A DNA stretch of 64,000 nucleotides from Enoplolaimus lenunculus (Eukaryota). Shown here piece by piece: positions 53,701-64,000 of the stretch. The translations under genes were made by a program, and so were the position numbers. The stretch is taken from assembly GCA_030248215.1 (NCBI GenBank), contig JASANG010000621.1, forward strand, positions 62,001 through 126,000, read 5' to 3'. The notes beneath the pieces were generated by a model. It did not search any database. It had not been told where the DNA came from and saw only the letters and a list, made by a program, of their open reading frames with translations. Positions within the stretch are counted from its first letter, which is position 1. Every line of letters begins with the position of its first letter.

Positions 53701-56700
53701 AGATTCTGATTAAATTAAGTTTCATTTGGTGCCCTGTTGTATGTATTATGAAATTATATCCGTTACCTATTTTAAATTTAACAGCGTGTAGAATTTGTAG
53801 TTTCTTGTGGATTTTCATTCTTTTCAACCGTGCGTGATAGCATTGTTTTTCATACTAGTCAAATAAGTGTTGATTATAAAAAATAGCTCGGGTTAGGCTT
53901 TAAGTCCGGCATTTGGGCACCTCCAGCAGGCATCAATAATTTTACTTGAGAGTGAAAATTAATTGTGCGGTTTCTACCTTAGCAAATTACTTGCGAATAC
54001 TTTCAGGTCCGGCATAAAGAAACACGGCAACGATACGCTATTAAAAAGTTGAACAAAACAAACCTGATTCTGCGCAATCAAATTGGACAAGTGTTCACTG
54101 AACGCGACATTTTAACGTTTACTGACAATCCGTTTGTGGTGTCGTTTTATGGAAGTTTCGAATCGAAGGTGCACACTGTCGCGTGTAGTTTTGTCAGTAA
54201 AATTTGGTCGGATTAGCAGTGATAACTGAATTTTTAATAAACGGTGAACCAGTAACTATTATACCCGCCAGAACAGCATAAATTTACAAGGGCTATGTTT
54301 TCCATTGGTTTAGTATATACAAGAGCCCCCTTATTTAGGGGGGTCAACTGCACACAGAACTCAGCTAAACTTCAATTCAAGAATATAACCGGACAAGGTT
54401 TGCACTGTGTATCGCAACAGTATTTGCTTGCGGTCAAGGTTTCAACACCCCCCCCCCCAAATGAAGGGGTGGGGATAAGGGAAAAATGCAACGCGTGCCG
54501 GGTACATTCTTTAATACACAGAATGTACCCAGTTGCACACTCTTGTTATAAAAAGTGATCATCCACTCTTGATATATTTAAAGAGAAAATTTTGCATTAT
54601 TTCCTTTTTTAGCGTCATTTGTGTCTGGTTCTTGAATATGTTGAAGGGGGTGACTGTGCGACTCTGTTGAGGCACATTCAAGCGTTTCCAGTAGAAATGG
54701 CACGGTTGTATATTGCGGAAACAGTACTGGCGATTGAATATTTGCATAGCTATGGCATTGTTCATCGTGATTTGAAGCCAGACAAGTATGTTGTAGCCGA
54801 TGCAGAGTGAAATACAAGCAATAAGTTATTTTCTTAACTTGTAAGACTCATATTTTCAGATGGGTATAGCACCTATCACCAACAAGCTATAGGTTTTCAA
54901 ACTTATCTCAAAATTTTAGTACTGAAATATAGAAAATCAAATGCGAACATAACGAGCTGAATTTCGAATTAAACAGAACGTTGTTTCGTAAGTTATAAAA
55001 GGCAACAAACAACAGTTTGTGATACATGCTGGTGATACTTGCTACTCATATTTCGGAATATGGGTCTAGATGCTGAACTACATTACTGCAATAGTGTAGT
55101 TTTAGTTGAATTTGCATGATGTGAAGTAGAGATGTCCCGGGGCCACGATTTTACCACGGCATATCGCATATAATAAACTTTTTGTGCTGCGTTCGGATTT
55201 TGGCTAAATAGTGCTACGGGATGTTTTGCCTAGACATTAAAAATTTAAAATATTGTAACACGCTAACATTTCAGTTCCCGTTCCAATATTTATAACCTTG
55301 CTGTTCCCATTCCGTTGCTGACATAATCTGGTTCTGTTTACACTCTGCTTAGATCTTTTTTTGTTTCATCCATGGTACCGTATGGCCCCGACCCCGGCAG
55401 TCTCTGGTTCTACCCCGCTGCCGGAGCCGGAGCCCGGCCCCGGGACATCTCTAATGTGAAGTAACATTGACGGGTAAGGACATTCACATAACTCTAAGAA
55501 TGTGCTTTAAAATATATAAAGGGCGACATGCAATTAGCACTTACGAAAATAAATAATCACAGTCGCTGATCAGAATGCAACCATGATGGAAAAACGTACA
55601 GATTTTATGAAAGGCTGATATATTGTAGCCTGCTTATCACAGCATTGGGGCACATCAAGTTGACAGATTTTGGGCTGTCTCGTATTGGACTTATGAATCG
55701 AACAAGTTTAATGTACGAACGCTGCACAGAAGAGTCATTGCGTCCGTTCAAAGATAAACAAGTGTTTGGCACACCGGAATACATTGCACCGGAAGTGATA
55801 CTACGACAAGGTTACGGTAAGCAAAGGTGTCAATGCAGAAAGGTACTAGATGGATGTCGCTTTTTTGCTAGATACTTAAACGAAACTTTATACTAATGGT
55901 ATATTCTATATTTCAATAAGACTTGTAAACTAATGTTAGTGACTCGTTTCTGAATTTGTTGTATAATTTGATGTTTACCGTTAGTGATGATCTGTGCCTG
56001 TGGCAGAGTTTGAAATATTAAGAATGTCGACGGTCGGTTTCAAAGCTGTCTTTCCATTACACCATTACAGATTTATCTATATTATTAAAGTCGGACCGAA
56101 TTACTGTTGGCCTTTTTAGAAAACTTACCAAAAAATGGCTCAAACGAATTTCCAGCTATCAGAAACAGTTTAAGTAAACTAATTGCAAAAACAATCATTT
56201 CGAAATAAGTATTTTTCTTTTAAACACGAAGTTTCCAGTACTTATATAATTATGAATACCACAAAACCGTAAAAATTCGGGTTTTTGCATCTTTGAATAT
56301 AGGAACAGGAATTGAATTTTTGCCGGAATTCCAGTGGAACTCTGGTATTCATATACTTGAATGCTGTACATGTGTACAATTACGGATTACTAGTATAACG
56401 TTATATTCCATCGGTTATCTATTAGTGTCAATGATTTATAGTATAAATAGTGCCAAAGTTAGGCATACATATAGTATCGTGAAGGACACTATACATTAAT
56501 GTTTAAATTAGAAATAAAACACTGAAGTACAGGTGACAGATACTAAACTATTTTGTTAAAACCGGTCCAGTATTCACTTTACCATAATAGCATTAACTTG
56601 TGGTATTTTAGAGCTAATTTTGAAATGTTTTAGGTCAGCCGGTTGACTGGTGGTCGCTAGGTGTTATTTTATACGAATTCTTGGTTGGCTGCCCACCATT

Positions 56701-59700
56701 TTTTGGCAATACGCCAGACGAGTTGTTTACAAACATTGTTTCAAGTAAATCAGCAATTTATACAGCAAAACTATAATTTTTGACCTATGAATTGAGACGT
56801 GTACTAAAAATACGATTCAAAAATATTAAAGTATATAATTTTTTGCTTCTTTGTTTCCTTCTGTAAGTAATGTTGTTGCTAGGAGTAATATATTTTCACT
56901 TTTAATATGTTTTTACATTTTGAGCCCATTTTTGAGCAAGGCGAGAATCAAGTCTATTATATTTGTTAATGCGCATAATAGCTAGTTATGCTAAGTTAGC
57001 ATCATTCTCTTAGTAGATTAGGCATCAGTAGTATTTAATCGTTAATCGTTGTTAACCTCGGGGTTCATTAATGCGTAGAGGGAACCTAGCGTTCTTCGAG
57101 AAAAAATGTGGTTCCTATAAGTTTTCTTCCAGAACTGTAGTTCTAGTAAGATTGGTTAATAATGTTTCATTCCTACCTGTTATTGTGTTTGCATTTCAGA
57201 CGAGGTTGATTGGCCTGAAGAGCCGTATACACCACCTCCTGATGCCCAAAGTTTAATTTTAGCTCTACTTCATCAAAATCCTCTACATCGTTTAGGGTCA
57301 CACGGTGACGCCCTTGAAGTTAAACTGCATCCGTTTTTCGGCGGAGTTAACTGGAATAGTTTGTTGCGAGAAATTGCTGAATTTGTGCCTCAGCTTGAAA
57401 ACGATGAAGACACAAGTTATTTCGATAGTAAGTATAGTGAGATAGGAAGTGAAATATAGAAAGCTAGGGAAAACCTGTGAATGAAGTTCTCAATAAGAAA
57501 TCATTTTTGGGATGAATGGCCATTGTTTTCAAGCTAAGTTTCCGTCTTATTTAAATTACTCTGTAAAAACTTTTCGCTGATTTAACGTCGCAAGCAAGCA
57601 TTGTGAGTCTCAGCTACAAAACGACGCAATAAGCTCAGTAGCACTATTCTCAACTATGTACAGCACCTATCACCGGTTAGTAATAGGTTTTCAAACTAGC
57701 GAACTGCATTAGCTGCTGATGTTGAATTCTGATCGCATGAGAGGCCAGTAAAATACGAAAATTTGTGAACTTTCGAATCTAATCATTCGCCGGTTTTAAA
57801 TTTGCAACACCTACGTAGAAACAACAATATATAGTCCGAAAAATAATTAAAATACTCCTAACCTTAGCATTGAAATTTTATAAGAAAAAATAATGAATTT
57901 AATTGTATATTTGTGACAATATTAAAACTGTTTAATCGTGTGTTAATTTAGTAGTACTCAAAAGACATAAAAGATGAAAAATACACTATTTGTGGATTAT
58001 CTAAAAATATTGAGGCTTAAGTCATGATACTTAAAATGTTTATGATTTTACAATGACATTTTTATTTCAGCACGAGTGGACCGGTACCAACTAGATAACG
58101 ATATTTCGGTTGCAGCCACATCTGTTCCGGCTCAGCAAGATTTGTCGCAAAGCAACGCTGCTGTTTTTGCGGCATTTTCATCGTCTTCGCCGCGACACTC
58201 GTGTATTGCAGATGTAAATATCGGCTATTTAACCTCTGCAGTATTTATATCAGTGTATGACTGGATATCCGGTCTAGGCGAAAATTTTAGTTTTGAGGAT
58301 ATTTGTCGGTGAAAAGTATAACATTAGTGTCTGTTGAAACTGTTTGTTTAAAGATGTAACTATCGGCGAAGCATAGCAGTATGTACGTTAAGGCCCGACC
58401 GGATATCTAGATTCGGCAGAAAAATTCACATCCGTCTCCGGTATTCTAGTTTAAAGAATATTTTGTCCGTGAAGAAGTATAGCATGAGTGTCTATGCTAT
58501 TTTATCTAAATAGCGCAGGGAAACATAACTAGCGCCTAAAAGTTGTGTTAGCACAAAATTAAAGCAAGAATGTGCTAATTATAGTCTCAAGAACGTTTTG
58601 TTTTTATTGAAATATTAATGTTCTGTATGTTTGGATTCTTTCGGTTACTGTGATATCCGGTTTCAGCATATAGCAGTATTCTGTTAGTTGCCGTTGTAAG
58701 TTTTCGAAACTTATTCGAAGAGGACATTTTTAAATAGTAACCTGTAGGTATTTAAATATATTTCAAGGCCGAACGAAATTTGTTGCATGTTGCTTCTGTA
58801 GTACTATAATATGAACGTTGCGTCTAATTTGTTGATTTCGAATTTTTCTTTTTAGTATCGAAGGAGCGACTCAGCGCGGTCAACACGGCTGCTTAGCGCT
58901 TCTTCGCGTGATAATTCATTGTTGTTAGCGGCAATCGTTAACGCAGGCTCTGATGATGATACTAGTAATGCGAGAACGGCATTTTTTGCGAAACAACGGA
59001 CTGGGTCTGAACACAGGTTAGTGCTGGCAATAATGCATCTTTTACAATGTCTTGCGGCAGGATTCCGCCGGAATTCCTGCAACAAAATTCAATTCCTGTT
59101 CCTACATTCAGAGATGCAGGAATCGGAATTATACGATTTTGTGGCAAATTATTCACGATATTTAAATACTGGAAACTTTGTCTTTGAAAAATCATTTCGA
59201 AATGAGTACTTTTGCAATTAGTTTAATTTTGTTTACAAACTGTTTCTGATGTGTTTTCGCAAAACTTGATGATGATGATGAATTAGCTGAAAACTCGCTT
59301 AAGCCATTTTTGGCAAGTTTTCTAAAACTTGCAACAGTTTGCACACGTCAGGTAACCTTTTTCGTTTCTGTAGTGCTGCTGAGACGATTGGCGCCTTGCA
59401 TTTACTGAAACAAGCTAGTTGGTGAACACATACAGTCACCGACAGAATTAAGTGGACCGTAAATTGCGATTGCGGCTGCGGTCGTGGTTTCGTAATCGCG
59501 GTTGAATTTTGCCTGTTTGCTACAAGTCTCGTCTAGTAATCGCGAGTACTACTTTTAATTGTGTCTGCTAGCGGTTACGTCCAAGGAACCGGCTACATTT
59601 TAAATTATGCATCATCCACAAAATTTGCTTCCAATGTTTTCAGGTGCGACTCGTCAAATAGTTCAGCAACAAGCGGAAGTGGACCGCAGACTATTTTGCC

Positions 59701-61688
59701 AAAGTAAGAAAGTGTCAAAATGTTTTCGTACGGGTCGTGAATAATAATTGTTATAATAATCTTTTAAAATGTGTTTTTATACAATTTGTTTCTGTATGAT
59801 GCAACGCAAACCGGACCAATTATCTTTTGTACTCCTGCACTGTTTTGGCAAAACTTATTCGAGTGAAGTATCAGCAGTGTACACCATTGCACAATCAATT
59901 GGAATCAAGACTTTGAAATTTCAACATTTAATCCTATATGTTGTATAAAATTTTTCTCGGTCTCAACATCAAAACATACAAAATTACCATGTTATTTTGA
60001 AAATAACAAAATACTTGTAATTTAGCTTTACATAGCCAAAAAAATTATCGCCAATTTGTTCCCAATTTGTTCATGCGACGTATCTGTGTTGTCACAAAAT
60101 TTGTAGTTCCCACTCCGATTCGTGTATAAATGTATTTGTTTACAGAGTTTTGTTTGGTATAAATACTGTTTTTAACCATATAGTCAATTTTTACTAATTC
60201 TGCAGATTTTCCATTCAACACTCGGACGACTCGGCAAGTTTATCACCGTTAGCGAAGTGTGGTCCGGACAGTACTTCTAAAGTACAACGACCTCAAGAAG
60301 AAAACATTAATATTGATACATTCAAAATATCATGTGAGTCAGAAAGCACCCAACGAGGTTCAGGATCAAGCCACGAGCGACCAAAATCACAAAGTTCTTC
60401 GGTTGGTGATGACTCTAGTCTTGGTGAGCTAGCAAGGTATAGGGTGGAGCAAATTTGCAAGTTTAAAATTGCGGTTTCATAAGATGCGTTTTTCCTCCGA
60501 AGTGCAGAACGTAACAAAAGAATGATTTTACTTCGATTTTATAAGTCCTGCGGATTGTTTAAGGCGCTGCTTGCGGACGTAACGACGAACGTCAGCTGCT
60601 GTCATCCAAACGTTCAGATCCAAGTGCAGACACCGGCTCGACCGTACGTTGGAGACGGCACAAACATAGTGATTGCTGCTCTGGCAGCAGTGGCAAATTT
60701 GAATTCAACAACAACAACTACAGCAACAACACCACCACCAACAATAGCATTAACAACAACAACAACATAAACAGCAGCAGCAACAACAATTCTTTCAAAC
60801 AAAATTCACCAATCTCACCTTCAGAATGCGGCACACTAGCACCTGGTATTGGTTTGCGTTCGCCCGTTTTACGGACAACAACAACAACTACAACAACGAT
60901 TTCCACCTTCGCTACACCGAATGCCAATAGCTCTGGTCAACAGCAAAACCTCGTTACACGAAGATCTAAAGCGAACAAAGTTGTGTCGACTAGGTCTGCA
61001 AATTATTTTGCGGTGCTTACTGGAAACGAAACCCAAGCTACTGGAGGTACTTCTGATAGTGAATGCAGTCCTGGTTCGATAGCTACGTCTGCGATGCATT
61101 CGCATCGATCTGGGGTAGCCCAGCTAACGGATATTCTGGGAAGCGGTGGTCCAGCTATAGTATCTGGCTCGCTAGCTATCCCAAATTCCCCAGTGACTGC
61201 TGTAGCCGTGTTACCATCGTCTTCAAAACAGATTTCACCGCTTGCAAGAACATCGACATCGGCTCGAGATCAGAAATGTGGTACGGCAACAGACAAACCA
61301 ACTGCGGGTATCAATGAACAGAGTTCATCATCTTTTCATAATGCTAATGTGGTATGTGAGACAACCAGCGAGCACGGAGCGAGTCCTGATGCAAAGACCA
61401 GTTTTGCTATGCAAGCTGGGTGCAGTAACAAAAAGCTCAAATTGCCGTTTAGTTCTTTTGGTACTAGCACTCCCAGCTCAAGAAGCGGAACTGACCGTAA
61501 CCAAAAACTTCATCAAAAACAATTGTTACATATTCAGTCGCAGCAAAGATTGTTGCCAACTGCAAACATGGCATTTTCTGTCGGAAGAAATCAAGAAGCA
61601 GTTGCCAGTGTGGCCGGCGCAGGCAGGAGAACGAATCTAAAGGCGCGTTCGGCTTCTGCGCAAGGACTGCATTTGGTCATACCGCACG
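44704..61688 (+). CDS. MAST: Microtubule-associated serine/threonine kinase (MAST family, kin-4-like), partial: DUF1908 + AGC kinase + AGC C-tail; 3' exons (PDZ) lie beyond the window
   Basis: Exons: 44704-44732 (KELSIQRKH), 45707-45807, 47749-47812, 48076-48160 ([15 protein letters not shown]), 48555-48739 (RPRARSLS), 49055-49130 (YKERFPR), 50066-50263 ([12 protein letters not shown]...DCLAKS), 50836-50934 (RTARLLECL), 51240-51369, 51886-52206 (GC donor), 53044-53228 ([14 protein letters not shown]), 54007-54168, 54613-54785 ([10 protein letters not shown]), 55629-55816 (IKLTDFGLS...[10 protein letters not shown]), 56634-56744 (VDWWSLG), 57200-57427 ([15 protein letters not shown]), 58071-58213, 58856-59016, [59374-59421], 59644-59703, 60206-60423, 60564-61688 ([12 protein letters not shown]). 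Phases are consistent throughout. Confidence 0.95.
55127..55453. mobile_element. hAT-like MITE with perfect 8-bp TSD in a MAST intron
   Basis: ATGTGAAG|TAGAGATGTCCCGGGGCC ... GGCCCCGGGACATCTCTA|ATGTGAAG. Relative at ~21363-21646. Confidence 0.85.
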
Positions 61689-62245
61689 GTAAGCTGCGAA
61701 ACAAATACATTTTTGTTTTAAGATTTTGTACTAAAATTCCGGTTGCTTTAGCTCTGAATCGGATGCTGGTAGCATATGAGTAGATTTGGCTACTGTTGGA
61801 AGCTGGGTAAAATCAAAGGTCGATTAAGGGTGTTTTAGGTAATAGTATATTCACATAGTGCTGCGTGGGCCAAACTTTATCGGTAGACATGTTTTATGCT
61901 CCACTCTACCCTACTGTAGAGCAACAATAAGCAATATGTCACATTCAAACATTTATTAATGTTTGCTATGAGAAATTTTGGTTTAAGTAGTTATAACCGC
62001 TCCATAAAACTCCACACAGGTGGCTGTCCCAAAAGACGGTCTCATGGGTAACAAATATTGAAAAACACGCAGGACAAATTGGAATGTTTTCAAACTGAAA
62101 TTTAGTCCTCCTAAAAATTATATATGTAATCTAAGTCTCCGAAAATGTAAACTCGCAAGTAAACGTTAGTCTTAATATTTATACTTGCGTATTGTAGCGA
62201 TTGACCCGCTTGCCAGCTAAAAATAATTGTAGTCGATGAAGAGAG

Positions 62246-63240
62246 TTATTGAGCGCAGCGTAATTGTTTAAGCCTAAATTAGGACTTTCTACATTATTTC
62301 ACTAATTATTACAGTTACAAGCAATCTAAATTCAGCATTAAAAGGTTTTTATGTGCGAGGAATCTAAATAGACTGCTTACAAACCTCCAAAACCGATAAT
62401 TGAGTAGTTAGGTAATGGGTAATTTGCATATTAGCATAGTTTATAAGCCTAAATTAGGACTTTCTACGTTATTTCACTAATCATTACAGTTACAAGCAAT
62501 CTAATCTCAACACTAAAGGGGGTTTATAGGTGCGAGGAATGTGAATAAATTGTAACACCAAAATCGATAATTGAATAGTTAACTATTATTAAGGTTAAAA
62601 GGAATCTAATTTCAACACTAAAGGTTTTTAGGTTCGAGGAATTTGAATAAATTGTTAACAAACCCCCAAAACCGATAATTGAATAGTTAGCTAATAGCTA
62701 ATTTGCATATTAGCTTAATTGACAAGACAAAATTAAGACTTTTTAAATTATTTCAATAATAATTAGGGTTACTGAAGGTTTTTGGGTGCGAGGAATCTGA
62801 ATATGTTGTGTACTCTAAAACCGATAATTAAGTAGTTAGCTAATAGATCATTTGCATGTAAGCATAATTGATAAGCCTAAATTAGGCCTTTTTTACACTG
62901 TTTCACTAATTATTAGGGTATCAAGCAATCTAATTTCAGCAATGATGGGTTTTTGGGTGCGTGGGCCTACAAACCTTCAAAACCGATAACCGAATAGTTA
63001 GCTAATAGCTAATTTGCATATTAGCTTAATTGACAAGACAAAATTAGGATTTTTTTAAATTATTTCAATAATTATTAGGGTGGCTGAAGGGTTTTTAGGT
63101 GCGAGGAATCTGAGTAAATTGCTTACAAACCTCCAAAACCGAAAAATGAATAGCTAGCTAATAAGTAATTTGCATATTACCTTAACTGCTTACGTGTGTT
63201 CGAGCTTCGCTCAATACATGTAGTCCCACTACGACTGGTT
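62246..63240 (+). mobile_element. HINE-like element with an expanded central ~150-175-bp tandem array (~6 units)
   Basis: 5' TTATTGAGCGCAGC; 3' GCTTCGCTCAATA followed by hairpin GTAGT-CCC-ACTAC and GACTGGT. Unit landmark AAATTA(G/A)G(A/C) recurs at ~62276, 62451, 62730, 62880, 63040. Confidence 0.7.
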
Positions 63241-64000
63241 CTTATACCGTTGTGACAAATTTGTTTTCCAAACTATAATATCAAAGTTGAAACCTAAGTC
63301 TTTGAAATAAACAGATTCGAATTTCATGTGTTTAAATTCAGTATAACTAAAAAATTACTGTATTCAAAACACCAAAAATTAAAATTTGGATGTTTTTTCA
63401 ATCAAAAACGAGATGTACTGGAATCTAAAACCAATATATTAATACAATCTATGTGTTCAAAACACCAAAAATTTAAACTTGAAAATTATTTCAGTCAACA
63501 TAACAAAAGCAGACATCGATCTTAAATCAAAATATATTAGCACAGTATATTACATTTCTCAATTCAGCAAACTTATTCGAAATAGAAGTCAAAGTTGTTG
63601 AATAAATAAAACATGCCTGCTCGTCAGTTATTGTAACGGGTGCACCATGCTAAAATCCCCCCACTTCCCTCTTCTGTCTTACGCTTATCGCTATCCTAAC
63701 TAGTTATGCGTGAGCATTACTTGTTCGAACTAGGATTGCAGCTTACAATCGTACGAAAATTGGGTAAAACCAGATACCAAAATCTGATGGGGTCGGAAGT
63801 AAACCATATAAATGTTTGAATTAATGTTTGAGCGCACTGATCATGATTTTTCCGTAAATTAATTGCCTATCACTCAAAAAATACCATGAACACATACATT
63901 TTCAATTATTTATTCCCACAAATAACTGAAAATCAGAACAAAAAACTGAAATAAAGCATAAATTGATATATTCGTGTGTATGCATGCAAGTCTAAGTACC

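Noticed and set aside
54613..54785. Reassignment of the GCG codon implied by the odd CGC tRNA
   Set aside because: GCG occupies conserved Ala positions of the MAST kinase ([11 protein letters not shown]), so GCG is still Ala.
1..64000. Spliced-leader RNA, snRNA, rRNA or autonomous transposase/RT genes
   Set aside because: None recognised by eye or in the ORF track; divergent ones could have been missed without covariance or profile searches.

Overview
Eukaryotic, AT-rich, intron-rich genomic DNA, most likely from a nematode (many degenerate TTAGGC telomere-type tracts, TTTCAG-type acceptors). Three protein-coding genes were assembled by hand. (1) A 7-exon tetraspanin on the minus strand, 7370->4161, 231 aa. 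(2) A divergently oriented RBM28/Nop4-like RRM protein, 8828->15874, ~499 aa, three RRMs. (3) A large MAST-family Ser/Thr kinase from ~42-44.7 kb running past the window end; one of its introns is GC-AG. The 16-42 kb interval has no recognisable coding exon and is a patchwork of non-autonomous transposons (hAT-, Tc1/mariner-, Ginger- and Helentron/HINE-like, foldbacks, SINE-like) plus a 64-bp satellite with a 191-bp higher-order repeat. The most unusual feature is a tRNA-shaped gene at 9414-9486 with an Ala (CGC) anticodon on an Arg/Trp-like body lacking G3:U70. It sits inside a 1.4-kb TIR-bounded element in RBM28 intron 1. A second repeat family also joins tRNA-like Pol III boxes to a TIR-like leader. 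All calls are from manual reading; no database searches were run.
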